Source of the DNA: Wigglesworthia glossinidia endosymbiont of Glossina morsitans morsitans (Yale colony)
GTDB taxonomy: Bacteria; Pseudomonadota; Gammaproteobacteria; Enterobacterales; Enterobacteriaceae
DNA: 32,000 nt
Assembly: GCF_000247565.1 (NCBI RefSeq)
Contig: NC_016893.1
Location: 210,001 to 242,000, forward strand
Direction: 5' to 3'
Positions 8,376-18,875 of this stretch are shown in pieces (within the stretch, counting starts at the first letter, position 1; each line of letters begins with the position of its first letter). A model generated the notes under the pieces. That model had not been told where the DNA came from, did no database searches, and saw only the letters and a program-made list of their open reading frames with translations. Position numbers and translations under genes: made by a program.

Positions 8376-9341
8376 TTAAAATAAATATTTCTTGACAATC
8401 GAAGCAAGACAATCAATATGCAAATCTTGATCATTTAAAGCCGGAATATAGTGAAAAAAAAGTCCTCCAGAATTTATAAAAAGCAGTTTATTTCTTATTT
8501 TTATTTCTTCTAAAGTTTCTAAACAATCAGAAGAAAATCCAGGACAAATGATTTGAATATTTTTTATATTTTTCTTGGGTAAACTCGATATAACATTTGA
8601 AGTAATAGGAGTAAGCCATGGAACTTTTCCAAATTTTGATTGAAAACTCATAATTATTTGATCTTCGGGATAATCTAAAGCAGATGTTAGCAATTTTTTT
8701 GTTACTTGACATCTTTCTAAATAATCATCTCCATCCGCAACATATTTTTTTGGTATACCATGAAAAGATAGGATTAAACGATCTGGATGACCGTATTTAT
8801 CAAAAGAACTAATAATACTTTTTTTTAAAGCATTAATATATTTCATATCATCAGCATAATCTCGAATAAAAATTATTGAAGGAAGATTTCTGTATTTTTT
8901 TAAAATTTTTGCAATAGCGTCAAATACTGATGCAGTAGTACTACAAGAATATTGTGGGTACAGTGGAAAAACAACTAATTTTTTTACATTATATGTTGCT
9001 AACATTTTTTTTATAGCATTTTTAAGTGTAGGTTTACCATATCTCATAGCTAATTCTAAATGTATATTTGGTAAAATATTAGTTAAAGCTTTTTTTTGTA
9101 GCAAACTATTTATCATTAATGGAGACCCTTCTGACTGCCAAATTTTTTTGTATAAGTGCATTACTTTAGAAGAACGCATAGGCAAAAGATATAAGTGCAA
9201 ATACAATTGCCAAAAAAATTTTGGTGCATCAATCACTCTTGGATCACTTAAAAAATAAGACAAATATTTTTTTATTGATTTTTTATTCGGTGCACTAGGT
9301 GTTCCTAAATTAACTAAGATTAATCCGAATTTGATTTTCAT
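8376..9341 (-). CDS. hemH: Ferrochelatase
   Basis: 321-aa ORF. LVNLGTPSAP, VFPLYPQYSCSTTASVFD, SFHGIPKKYVADGDDY, QSKFGKVPWL.P and CPGFSSDCLETLEEI match E. coli HemH. hemH-adk-htpG order is conserved. Confidence 0.95.
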   Translation of the reverse strand: MKIKFGLILVNLGTPSAPNKKSIKKYLSYFLSDPRVIDAPKFFWQLYLHLYLLPMRSSKVMHLYKKIWQSEGSPLMINSLLQKKALTNILPNIHLELAMRYGKPTLKNAIKKMLATYNVKKLVVFPLYPQYSCSTTASVFDAIAKILKKYRNLPSIIFIRDYADDMKYINALKKSIISSFDKYGHPDRLILSFHGIPKKYVADGDDYLERCQVTKKLLTSALDYPEDQIIMSFQSKFGKVPWLTPITSNVISSLPKKNIKNIQIICPGFSSDCLETLEEIKIRNKLLFINSGGLFFHYIPALNDQDLHIDCLASIVKKYLF

Positions 9342-9365
9342 TATTTAAATTATATTAAAAAAATT

Positions 9366-10007
9366 TTATTGAATTTTGTTAGTTTCAAAAATTTTTATTA
9401 TTTTTTGATTTATTTGTTCTATTTTTAAAGATGCATCGATAAAATAATATTTCAATTTTTTTTTGTAAGACTCTTGTTTATAAAAATTACTTAATATAAA
9501 ACAGTTTTTATAATATTCTTGCATACGTATTTTTAGTGCATCGACGCAATCATCTGAACGTTTTTTTAAAATTTCATCATAATTTTTATTTTTTAAATAG
9601 TTGGATTGCTTATGAATATCATCTATGTGGCATATTTTACCAGATATCTTATCGATCATACGTCCAGAAATTCGTGAAAAAACGATTTTTTCTGGAATAA
9701 ACAATTCAAAGATAAAATCAATATTTATGGATTTTATAATTTTAGCTTGGTATAAAGTTCTAGGAAAACCGTCTAAAATAAATCCTTTTTCGCAGTCTTG
9801 AGACTGTAATCGTTTTAAGATTATTTTCGTTATTAAGTTATCTTCAATTAAATAACCTTGATTAATTAATTTTGTGATATAACTATTTTTACTTTGATTT
9901 CTTAGTAAATCACCACTAGAAATTTTAGGAATATTATATTTTTTAGAAATAATTTCTGACTGTGTTCCTTTTCCGCTTCCTGGTGGTCCAATAAAAATTA
10001 TTTTCAT
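9366..10007 (-). CDS. adk: Adenylate kinase
   Basis: MKIIFIGPPGSGKGTQ P-loop, ISSGDLLR, GFILDGFPRT; 213 aa against 214 in E. coli. Confidence 0.95.
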   Translation of the reverse strand: MKIIFIGPPGSGKGTQSEIISKKYNIPKISSGDLLRNQSKNSYITKLINQGYLIEDNLITKIILKRLQSQDCEKGFILDGFPRTLYQAKIIKSINIDFIFELFIPEKIVFSRISGRMIDKISGKICHIDDIHKQSNYLKNKNYDEILKKRSDDCVDALKIRMQEYYKNCFILSNFYKQESYKKKLKYYFIDASLKIEQINQKIIKIFETNKIQ

Positions 10008-10050
10008 AAATCTCTCTATATTAAAAAAACTTTAAAATTTTTTTAAAAAA

Positions 10051-11964
10051 CTATTTTTTACTAGAAATGTGAGTAATTAATAAATTATTAATACGTTGAA
10101 CAAATTTATTTGGATCTTCTAAATTTCCGCATTCAGATAGTAATGCTTCTTCTAATAAAAGATCAATCCAATTATTAAATTGTTTTTGATTTTGTATTTT
10201 AAAAATATATATAATTAAAGGATGCACAGCATTTATTTCGAATATATATTTTATTTCAGGGCTATTTTGTCCTGTTGAAATAAGTAATTTAGACATTTGT
10301 GTTGTAATGTCATGTTCGTCTGTGGTAACGGCGGCTGGTGTATTGATCAATTTTGATGTAAATCTAACGTTTTTAACTTTATCTTTTAAATAGGATTTAA
10401 TACGTAATATAATTGGAGATAATTCTTGTTCAGATTTTTTTTGATCTAAAGTTTTATTATCAAAAATTTTTTCTAAATATTCATTATTTTTATTAATAGA
10501 TTGAAATTCAATTTTGTTGAAAGATGTCATGTAATTCATCATCCATTCATCAATACGATCAAAAAGCAGTAAAACTTCTATATTCTTTTCTTTTAATTTT
10601 TCTAAATGAGGATTATTCTTTGCAGAAAGATAATTATCTGCTGTTATATAAAATATTTTTTCTTGTTTTGATTGCATACGTGATACATAATCATCTAATG
10701 ATACATTTTGTATATTTGACTGAGTATATGTTGAGGAAAATCTAAAAAGTTTTACAATATTTAAATAATTTTTATTATCTTCTGAAGGTCCTTCTTTAAG
10801 AATTAAACCAAATTCTTGCCAAAATATTTGATAATCTTTAGGATTATTTTTAGACAAATTATCCAGCATCAATAAAATGCGTTTTGTTAAAGAATTTTTA
10901 ATCATTTTAGTTGCTTGATTATTTTGTAAAATTTCTCTAGAAATATTTAATGGTAAATCGCTCGAATCAATTATACCTTTAATAAATCTTAAATAATTTG
11001 GTATAAATTCATTAGATTGATCCATAATAAAAATTTTTCTTACATATAATTTTAATCCGTGCTTATTGTCACGATTCCATATATCCCATGAAGCTTTTCT
11101 TGGTATATATAACAAGCTACTATATTCTTGATTACCTTCTACATGATTATGACTCCAAGCGATTGGATTTTGATCGTCATGAAAAAAATTTTTATAAAAT
11201 TCTTTATATTCATTATCATTAATATCAGATTTTTTTCTTGTCCATAATGATGTTCCAGTATTAACTTGATTCCAAGTTAAATTTGATTGTAAACTTGGAG
11301 TAATTATTTTATTTTTTTGTGTTTTTTGAATTTGCATTTTAATCGGGAAACTAACATGATTTGAATATTTTTGAATAATGTTTTTAATTGTTATTTCATC
11401 GGCAAACATGGTTTCTGAATCTTTCAAATATAAAATAACTTCTGTTCCTATTTCTTTTTTTCTAATATTAGAAACTGAATATTCTCCTTGACCATTTGAT
11501 TCCCATAAAACTCCATCTTTCTTATCAGATAAAAAAGATCTTGTACGTACAATTACTTTTTCAGCAACAATAAAAGCTGAATAAAATCCTACTCCAAATT
11601 TTCCAATAAGCTGATTATTTTTTAATACATCTGTATTTATGGATTTAAGAAATGATTTTGTTCCAGATTTAGCAATAGTACCTAAGTTTTCTATTATTTC
11701 TTCATGAGACATACCTATTCCGTTATCTCGGATCGAAATTTTTTTTTCATCTTTATTATATGATATTAAGATACACGGTGATTGTATTTTTTTATTTAAT
11801 TCTGGTTTCGATAACATCAAAAATCTTAATTTATCTAATGCATCGGATGCATTAGAAATCAATTCCCTTAAGAAAATTTCTTTGTTAGAATATAACGAAT
11901 GAATCATTAAATTTAATAACTGTTTTACTTCAGATTGAAATTTTAAAGTTTTTTTTTCTTCCAT
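10051..11964 (-). CDS. htpG: Hsp90-family chaperone HtpG
   Basis: FQSEVKQLLNLMIHSLYSNKEIFLRELISNASDALDKLRF and IGKFGVGFYSAFIVA are the GHKL ATPase signature. 637 aa. AGGAA Shine-Dalgarno upstream of the ATG. Confidence 0.95.
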   Translation of the reverse strand: MEEKKTLKFQSEVKQLLNLMIHSLYSNKEIFLRELISNASDALDKLRFLMLSKPELNKKIQSPCILISYNKDEKKISIRDNGIGMSHEEIIENLGTIAKSGTKSFLKSINTDVLKNNQLIGKFGVGFYSAFIVAEKVIVRTRSFLSDKKDGVLWESNGQGEYSVSNIRKKEIGTEVILYLKDSETMFADEITIKNIIQKYSNHVSFPIKMQIQKTQKNKIITPSLQSNLTWNQVNTGTSLWTRKKSDINDNEYKEFYKNFFHDDQNPIAWSHNHVEGNQEYSSLLYIPRKASWDIWNRDNKHGLKLYVRKIFIMDQSNEFIPNYLRFIKGIIDSSDLPLNISREILQNNQATKMIKNSLTKRILLMLDNLSKNNPKDYQIFWQEFGLILKEGPSEDNKNYLNIVKLFRFSSTYTQSNIQNVSLDDYVSRMQSKQEKIFYITADNYLSAKNNPHLEKLKEKNIEVLLLFDRIDEWMMNYMTSFNKIEFQSINKNNEYLEKIFDNKTLDQKKSEQELSPIILRIKSYLKDKVKNVRFTSKLINTPAAVTTDEHDITTQMSKLLISTGQNSPEIKYIFEINAVHPLIIYIFKIQNQKQFNNWIDLLLEEALLSECGNLEDPNKFVQRINNLLITHISSKK

Positions 11965-12080
11965 ATTTGATTCCTAATATTTTTAAAATAGTTTATCTTA
12001 AAATTTTTAGCGATTATAATTATAATTTTTTTGAATTTTAATTACACTATGAATTTTATTAGATAATTAATTAATTTTAT

Positions 12081-12407
12081 TTAAAACGGCATTTTAAATC
12101 CCGGCGGCAACTGCATTGCATTTGATACTGCTGCAATTTTTTCTTTTTGTATTTCTGAAATTCTGCGAATAGCATCATTGAAAGCAGCAGCTATAAGATC
12201 TTCTAGCATTTCTTTATCTGATAATAAACTATTATCAATTTTTACATAATTGCAGTTATGTGATCCATTAAGTTTTACTTGAACGAGTCCTGCTCCAGAT
12301 TCTCCAATAGATTCTAATCGAGCAATCTCTTCTTGCATCCATTGCATTTTTTCTTGAATTTTTTGAGCTTGTTGCATTAGATTATTCATTCCATTTTTAT
12401 CAAACAT
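12081..12407 (-). CDS. ybaB: Nucleoid-associated protein YbaB/EbfC
   Basis: 108 aa. [37 protein letters not shown] and the C-terminal [11 protein letters not shown] are identical in pattern to E. coli YbaB. Confidence 0.95.
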   Translation of the reverse strand: MFDKNGMNNLMQQAQKIQEKMQWMQEEIARLESIGESGAGLVQVKLNGSHNCNYVKIDNSLLSDKEMLEDLIAAAFNDAIRRISEIQKEKIAAVSNAMQLPPGFKMPF

Positions 12408-12715
12408 TATTGATCTCTATTAATATTCAAACTGTTATAGAATAATTAAAAAGCTTAAGATATTCAAATTTATTTAAAAAAATTTTAATTCTTTAAATAA
12501 AATTTAATTTTTTAAATAAAAATCTAAATATTCCATGCATATTAAATTTGATAGTATAAAAAAAATATTATGCAAATAAACTGTAAATTTATATAAAAAT
12601 ATATTTTTAGTATCTTAAAATAAAAAAATAATGAGTGTTTTCTAAAAATTTGTACTGACAATATACGTGCTGTATATAATAAATCAATTTACAATAATTA
12701 TAACACATTGTTTTT

Positions 12716-13807
12716 TTAATTTATAGAATATAAAAAAGCGCGTAAAATTATCATTTCTACTGCAATTTTTTGTTCAGGTGCATAAGTCAGCTCTTGTCTA
12801 CCTTTAAGAAAAATTTGATAATAATTATGTAAATCATTTGTGGAAATTTTTTTTGAAATTTTCTGAAATCGTATATATTTTTCTTTTTTTAATATGAAAT
12901 TCATTTTATTAGGATAAATTTGAAAAAGTATAATTTGATGTATTAGTATTAACAATTTAATTAAAAAATCATCCCAATTTACAATTTTTTTTGCGCATAT
13001 TTCAAAAAAAGATATTAACTGTTCTTTATTAGATAAAATTAAAGCTTCAAATAAATTAAATATTTCGTTTATATGCACAATACCTAACATTTTAGATACT
13101 AAATTTGATAAAATTTTATTGTTCCCTAGTATTAATGCTTTCTCTGTTAAGCTTAACGCATTTCGCATGCTTTTTTGCGAACTTTGTGCTATTAAATCTA
13201 AAGCGTACTCTTCATAGTAAACATTTTCTAATGTTAATATATTTTTTAATCGATCAATAATGTATTTTTTTCGTATAGGTTGAAGATTTAAATGAAAACA
13301 TCTCGAAAAAATTGTTTCTGGAATTTTATATATTTCAGTAGTTGCTAAAATGAATTTTGTATGTAATGGAGGTTCTTCTAATATTTTTAACAAAGCGTTA
13401 AAGCTATATTTAGATAACATATGTACTTCATCTATAATATATATCTTATATCTACCTTTTGATGGAGAATATTTAATGGTATCTAGCACTTCTTTAATAT
13501 ATTCTATCTTTGTATAAGATGCGGCATCAATTTCGATTAAATCAATAAAACAATTACTATCAGCTTCTTGGCAATTACAACATGATTGGCATGGCCGAAA
13601 TGTTATTCCATTTTTACAATTTAATCCTTTTGCAATTAATCGTGCGAGACTAGTTTTACCTATGCCTTTAATGCCACTAATTAAATAAACACTTTGAATT
13701 CTTTTTAAAAGAAAACTATTTTCTATTAATTTTAAAATATTATGTTGACCAATTAATTCATGAAAATGTTTAGGTCTCCATTTTAATGTGAGCGGTTTAT
13801 AATACAT
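12716..13807 (-). CDS. dnaX: DNA polymerase III clamp-loader subunit DnaX, domains I-III only (363 aa)
   Basis: KWRPKHFHELIGQ, Walker A GIKGIGKTS, four-Cys zinc module CKNGITFRPCQSCCNC, IIDEVHMLS, SFNALLKILEEPP and the SRC motif (FSRC). The ORF ends ...YAPEQKIAVEMIILRAFLYSIN*, which aligns to about E. coli residue 368. Confidence 0.9.
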   Translation of the reverse strand: MYYKPLTLKWRPKHFHELIGQHNILKLIENSFLLKRIQSVYLISGIKGIGKTSLARLIAKGLNCKNGITFRPCQSCCNCQEADSNCFIDLIEIDAASYTKIEYIKEVLDTIKYSPSKGRYKIYIIDEVHMLSKYSFNALLKILEEPPLHTKFILATTEIYKIPETIFSRCFHLNLQPIRKKYIIDRLKNILTLENVYYEEYALDLIAQSSQKSMRNALSLTEKALILGNNKILSNLVSKMLGIVHINEIFNLFEALILSNKEQLISFFEICAKKIVNWDDFLIKLLILIHQIILFQIYPNKMNFILKKEKYIRFQKISKKISTNDLHNYYQIFLKGRQELTYAPEQKIAVEMIILRAFLYSIN

Positions 13808-14255
13808 ATATTTTTATTATTTTTTTGGTACATATAAACATTATATAGTAAATAATTATTTATATAAATAATGTTATTAAATTAGTATATAATATTAGGT
13901 TATATTAAATAATAAAGTTTAAATATAAGTAGATTTATTTTTTATAAATTTATGAAACTTATCTCTAAACATTATTTTTTATTTAAATTTTAATTTAATG
14001 AAAAAATTTTATAAAAAATTATTTAATGCATAATATGCATTAATTAATTTATATAAATTAAATTAACTATTTAATTGTGTTTTTGTTATTTATATAATTT
14101 CATGAAAAATTAAAAAACTATTTAATTAAATTTTGTTTTATCAATCAAAATGTATAGTATAAAATATTTTAAATATACATTTAATATAATTAAAAAATTA
14201 ATATTTTTAGTTCTAAACTTATCACTAAAAAATAAATACATAATTGGCAAAAAAA

Positions 14256-14459
14256 ATGAAAAAAATAGATTATCTTATGCGTTTAAGAAAATGCCGAACT
14301 TTAGCTACTTTAGAACGTGTAATTGAAAAAAACAAATACAAATTATCTAACGATGAATTAGAAATTTTTAATTCTGCAGCGGATCATAGATTAGCTGAAA
14401 TTACTATGAATACTTTATATGATAAAGTTCCTAACTCAGTTTGGAAATATGTGCGTTAA
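14256..14459 (+). CDS. hha: Hha/YmoA-family nucleoid-associated modulator
   Basis: (MAKK)[67 protein letters not shown] against E. coli Hha ...[65 protein letters not shown]. The ORF track starts at TTG 14244 (71 aa). ATG 14256 gives 67 aa, the YmoA length as I recall it. The two starts cannot be told apart from sequence. Confidence 0.85.
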   Translation: MKKIDYLMRLRKCRTLATLERVIEKNKYKLSNDELEIFNSAADHRLAEITMNTLYDKVPNSVWKYVR

Positions 14460-14499
14460 TTTTTAGTTAATTCAAAATTATTTCGAATATAAAAACAAA

Positions 14500-14598
14500 A
14501 TACACCAGTATGCATAGCACATATTGATTCGAGCTACGATTGCTTCCTTTCGGACCTGATCGAATTTGCACGTACATTATTGCTTACATACTGGTAAA
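14500..14598 (-). ncRNA. ffs: 4.5S RNA (bacterial small SRP RNA)
   Basis: The minus strand reads ACCAGUAUGUAAGCAAUAAUGUACGUGCAAAUUCGAUCAGGUCCGAAAGGAAGCAAUCGUAGCUCGAAUCAAUAUGUGCUAUGCAUACUGGU. The domain IV core CAGGUCC-GAAA-GGAAGCA (plus-strand 14541..14558) matches E. coli CAGGUCC-GGAA-GGAAGCA with a GNRA tetraloop. It is flanked by a CGAU/AUCG helix and closed by a 9-bp ACCAGUAUG/CAUACUGGU helix (14587..14595 and 14504..14512). The ends are approximate. Confidence 0.8.
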
Positions 14599-14615
14599 TA
14601 ATAGATAAATTCACA

Positions 14616-17600
14616 TCAATTATCTCTTAAATTAGCTTTTAAAAGTTCTTTTAAATTTTCGGAAGCTTCGTCGACGCTAACATGATTAATAGGAGATTGT
14701 AAAGCACTACTTTTTTGTTTGCGTTTTAATAAACGTTTTTTATGGTATGCATACCCTGTACCTGCAGGAATTAATCTACCGACAATTACGTTTTCTTTTA
14801 ATCCTCTTAATTCATCTTTTTTTCCAGATACAGCCGCTTCTGTTAATACACGAGTAGTTTCTTGAAATGAAGCTGCAGAAATAAAAGATTCTGTTGCTAG
14901 AGAAGCTTTTGTAATTCCTAATAAATCACGAGAATAAGTAATTTTATTTGTATTTTGAGTAGTACTATTTGCTATTCTAATCCGAGAGAACTCGATTTGT
15001 TCGCCTTCTAAAAATTCTGATGTTTTACTATTTATAATAGTTGCTTTTTTTAACATTTGACGAATTATTACTTCAATATGTTTATCATTTATTTTTACAC
15101 CTTGCAATCGATATACTTCTTGAACTTCATTCACAATGTATTTTGTTACTGCATGCACTCCTCTTAAACGAAGTATATCGTGTGGAGATTCTGGCCCATC
15201 AGAAATTACATCTCCTTTTTCTACGCGTTCTCCTTCAAAAACATTTAAATTTCTCCATTTTGGAATCATTTCTTCATATATTTCTGATCCGTCAACAGGA
15301 GATATTATTAGCCTTCTTTTTCCTTTTGTTTCTTTTCCAAAAGAAACAATGCCGCTAATTTCTGCTAAAATAGCAGGTTCTTTAGGTTTTCGAGCTTCAA
15401 ATAAATCTGCAACTCGTGGTAAACCTCCTGTAATATCTTTAATTCCACTAGTTTCTAAAGATAAACGTGCAAGTACGTCTCCACTTCTAATTTTTGCTCC
15501 ATTCTCCAATTGTAAAATTGATTTTCCTGGTAAAAAATACTGAGCAGGTATATCTGTACCTGGCAGATAAATATCTTTTCCTTCTGCATTAATAATCTTT
15601 AAAGCAGGACGTAACTCTTTATTTATGCCTGTTCTTTCTGCTGTATCTAATACAGAAATAAAAGATACGCCTGTTAGTTCGTCTGTTTGACGTGTAACTG
15701 TTTGACCTTCTATGATATCACTAAATTTTATATATCCACTGACTTCGGTAATGATTGGAATAGTATGAGGATCCCAATTAGCAATAATTTCTCTGTTATA
15801 AATTTTTTCTCCAGTATTTTTATTAACAATTGCGCCGTATGGAAGTTTATATTTTTCTTTTGTTCTTCCAAATTTATCAATAATTTTTAATGCGGCATGA
15901 CGTGATGTAATTATAATTTTATTATTTTCTGTAATAACAAACTTTGCATTATTTAGTTTTATAATTCCATCATTTCTTGATTGAATACTAGATTCGGAAG
16001 CTGATCGAGCTGCAGCGCCTCCGATGTGGAATGTACGCATTGTTAACTGTGTACCTGGTTCTCCTATAGATTGAGCAGCAATAACTCCGATAGCTTCCCC
16101 TTTATTTACTAAATGACCTCTAGCTAAATCTCTACCGTAACATTTCGCGCATACACCAAAATTTGTTTCGCATGTAACAACTGATCTGACTTTAATTTTA
16201 TCTATTGAATGTTTTTCTAAAATATTACACCATGTTTCGCTTAATAGAATATTACGATTTATTAAAACATTTGATGTTCCAGGTTGTAAAATATCTTCTA
16301 ATATCACTCTGCCTAAAACTCTTTCACGTAATGGTTCCTTAACTTCACCGCCTTCAATTACTGGAGTCATAGTAATTCCAGATAATGTACCGCAGTCGTC
16401 TTCTGTAACGACGAGATCTTGTGCTACATCTACTAATCTTCTAGTTAAATAACCTGAATTTGCAGTTTTTAATGCTGTATCTGCAAGTCCTTTACGTGCT
16501 CCATGAGTAGAAATAAAGTATTGTAATACATTTAGTCCTTCTCTAAAATTTGCAGTAATTGGAGTTTCTATAATTGAACCGTCTGGTTTCGCCATGAGTC
16601 CACGCATTCCTGCAAGTTGTCTGATTTGAGCTGCTGAACCTCTTGCTCCGGAATCGGCCATCATAAAAATATTGTTAAAAGATACCTGTTTATGTTGTAT
16701 ACCGTTGTGGTCAACCACAGTGTCTGTAGATAAATTTTTCATCATTGCTCGAGCTACACGTTCATTTGCTGCTGCCCAAATATCAATTACTTTGTTGTAT
16801 CTTTCTCCTGCAGTAACTAATCCAGATTGAAATTGTTCTTGAATTTCAGATACTTCTTTTTCGGCATCTTGAATAATTTTAGATTTTTTTGATGGAATAA
16901 CAATGTCGTCGATGCCTACTGAAGCTCCTGATTTTGCGGCATATGAAAACCCGGTATACATAATTTGATCTGCGAACATTACTGTCGGTTTTAAGCCTAA
17001 AATACGATAACATGTATTCAACATATTTGAAATTGATTTTTTTCCTAATACTTGATTAACTAACTCAAAAGATAATCCTTTCGGAACAATCATCCACAAA
17101 ATAGATCGTCCAATAGTAGTATCTACTACTTGTATCGTTTTTTCAAATTGACCAGAATTTAATTTTTTGTATTGTGTAATTCTAACTTTTACTTTAGCAT
17201 GTAAATTTGCAATTTTTGAATGATATACATGTTCAGCTTCTTTTGGACTGCTTAATAGCATGCCTTCGCCTTTTTGGTTAATGCAATCACGCGTCATATA
17301 GTACAATCCTAATACTACGTCTTGTGATGGAACAATTATGGGTTCTCCATTAGCAGGGGATAAAATATTATTTGTAGACATCATAAGTGCACGAGCTTCT
17401 AATTGGGCTTCTAGTGTTAATGGAACATGAACGGCCATTTGATCGCCATCAAAATCTGCGTTATAAGCAGCGCAAACTAATGGATGTAGCTGAATAGCTT
17501 TTCCTTCAATTAATATTGGTTCAAATGCTTGAATACCTAATCTGTGTAAAGTAGGTGCTCGATTAAGCATCACTGGATGTTCTTTAATTACTTCTTCTAA

Positions 17601-18833
17601 GATATCCCATACTACACTTTCTTCTCTTTCAACCATTTTTTTTGCAGCTTTGATGGTTGTAGCAAAACCATTTAATTCTAATTTTCCATAAATAAATGGT
17701 TTAAACAATTCTAGAGCCATTTTTTTTGGTAATCCACATTGATGTAAGCGTAAATATGGTCCTACCGTTATTACAGATCTTCCTGAATAATCGACGCGTT
17801 TTCCAAGAAGATTCTGACGAAAACGTCCTTGTTTACCTTTAATCATATCTGCTAAAGATTTTAATGGACGTTTATTTGATCCTGTAATTGCACGTCCGCG
17901 ACGGCCATTATCTAATAATGCATCAACGGCTTCCTGCAGCATACGTTTTTCGTTACGCACGATAATATCGGGTGCTGCAAGATCTAAAAGCCTTTTCAAT
18001 CGATTATTACGATTAATTACTCGACGATATAAATCGTTTAAATCTGATGTTGCAAAACGACCTCCATCCAGTGGAACTAATGGTCTTAAATCTGGAGGAA
18101 GTACGGGTAAAACGTTTAATATCATCCATTCTGGTTTATTACCAGATTGTATAAATGCTTCTAACAATTTTATCCTTTTAGTTAATTTTTTTCTTTTAGT
18201 TTCAGAATTTATTTCTAATAGTTCTTGACGAATTTGGTTACATGTTTCTTTTAAATTAATATTTTTTAATAGTTCTTGAATAGCTTCTGCACCCATTTTA
18301 GCATCAAATTCATCTCCAAATTCTTCTAAAGCATCTAGATACTGTTCTTCTGTAAGAATTTTGCGCTGTTCTAAATTAGTCATGCCTTCTTCAATAACTA
18401 CATAAGATTCAAAATATAGTACGCGTTCAATATCTCTTAATGGCATATCTAATAATAGGCCAATACGTGATGGTAAAGATTTTAAAAACCAAATGTGCGC
18501 TGTAGGAGAAGCTAATTCTATATGACCCATTCTTTCGCGTCTTACTTTTGTTTGTGTTACTTCTACACCGCATTTTTCGCAAATTACGCCTCGGTGCTTC
18601 AATCTTTTATATTTTCCGCATAAACATTCATAATCTTTTACTGGACCAAAAATACGTGCGCAGAAAAGTCCGTCTCTTTCTGGCTTAAAAGTACGATAAT
18701 TAATTGTTTCTGGTTTTTTAATTTCTCCGAATGACCATGATCGAATCATGTCAGGAGATGCTAAAGCAATCTTGATTGCATCAAACTCTTCTATTTTATT
18801 TTGAGTTTTTAAAAATTTTAATAGATCTTTCAC
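14616..18833 (-). CDS. rpoC: DNA-directed RNA polymerase beta' subunit
   Basis: 1405 aa with a GTG start (as in E. coli). Zinc-binding [23 protein letters not shown] and catalytic [14 protein letters not shown]. Colinear with E. coli RpoC (1407 aa). Confidence 0.98.
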   Translation of the reverse strand: MKDLLKFLKTQNKIEEFDAIKIALASPDMIRSWSFGEIKKPETINYRTFKPERDGLFCARIFGPVKDYECLCGKYKRLKHRGVICEKCGVEVTQTKVRRERMGHIELASPTAHIWFLKSLPSRIGLLLDMPLRDIERVLYFESYVVIEEGMTNLEQRKILTEEQYLDALEEFGDEFDAKMGAEAIQELLKNINLKETCNQIRQELLEINSETKRKKLTKRIKLLEAFIQSGNKPEWMILNVLPVLPPDLRPLVPLDGGRFATSDLNDLYRRVINRNNRLKRLLDLAAPDIIVRNEKRMLQEAVDALLDNGRRGRAITGSNKRPLKSLADMIKGKQGRFRQNLLGKRVDYSGRSVITVGPYLRLHQCGLPKKMALELFKPFIYGKLELNGFATTIKAAKKMVEREESVVWDILEEVIKEHPVMLNRAPTLHRLGIQAFEPILIEGKAIQLHPLVCAAYNADFDGDQMAVHVPLTLEAQLEARALMMSTNNILSPANGEPIIVPSQDVVLGLYYMTRDCINQKGEGMLLSSPKEAEHVYHSKIANLHAKVKVRITQYKKLNSGQFEKTIQVVDTTIGRSILWMIVPKGLSFELVNQVLGKKSISNMLNTCYRILGLKPTVMFADQIMYTGFSYAAKSGASVGIDDIVIPSKKSKIIQDAEKEVSEIQEQFQSGLVTAGERYNKVIDIWAAANERVARAMMKNLSTDTVVDHNGIQHKQVSFNNIFMMADSGARGSAAQIRQLAGMRGLMAKPDGSIIETPITANFREGLNVLQYFISTHGARKGLADTALKTANSGYLTRRLVDVAQDLVVTEDDCGTLSGITMTPVIEGGEVKEPLRERVLGRVILEDILQPGTSNVLINRNILLSETWCNILEKHSIDKIKVRSVVTCETNFGVCAKCYGRDLARGHLVNKGEAIGVIAAQSIGEPGTQLTMRTFHIGGAAARSASESSIQSRNDGIIKLNNAKFVITENNKIIITSRHAALKIIDKFGRTKEKYKLPYGAIVNKNTGEKIYNREIIANWDPHTIPIITEVSGYIKFSDIIEGQTVTRQTDELTGVSFISVLDTAERTGINKELRPALKIINAEGKDIYLPGTDIPAQYFLPGKSILQLENGAKIRSGDVLARLSLETSGIKDITGGLPRVADLFEARKPKEPAILAEISGIVSFGKETKGKRRLIISPVDGSEIYEEMIPKWRNLNVFEGERVEKGDVISDGPESPHDILRLRGVHAVTKYIVNEVQEVYRLQGVKINDKHIEVIIRQMLKKATIINSKTSEFLEGEQIEFSRIRIANSTTQNTNKITYSRDLLGITKASLATESFISAASFQETTRVLTEAAVSGKKDELRGLKENVIVGRLIPAGTGYAYHKKRLLKRKQKSSALQSPINHVSVDEASENLKELLKANLRDN

Positions 18834-18875
18834 AAATTTTTCTCTATTATATCAAGTTAATATATATTAATTATT

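Noticed and set aside
8527-8712. 61-aa minus-strand ORF from the track
   Set aside because: It is an alternative frame inside hemH on the same strand. The hemH frame carries the ferrochelatase motifs through this region.
10524-10745. 73-aa plus-strand ORF
   Set aside because: It is antisense inside htpG with no motif support.
12607-12708. 33-codon minus-strand ORF (MCYNYCKLIYY...) in the dnaX-ybaB spacer, and a 29-codon plus-strand ORF at 14150..14239 upstream of hha
   Set aside because: Both have composition-driven Y/I/F/N/K sequences, no Shine-Dalgarno motif, and no resemblance to tau, TomB or any small protein I recognise.
12716-13807. Programmed -1 frameshift site in dnaX
   Set aside because: The gene ends before the region where E. 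coli carries A-AAA-AAG plus its stem-loop. The only long A-run in the gene that I examined (GCA AAA AAA ATT) is simply in-frame Lys-Lys with no downstream structure.
15041-15890. Three plus-strand ORFs (15041..15358, 15136..15543, 15687..15890)
   Set aside because: All are antisense within rpoC and mutually overlapping. The rpoC frame is continuous and conserved, so these are shadow ORFs.
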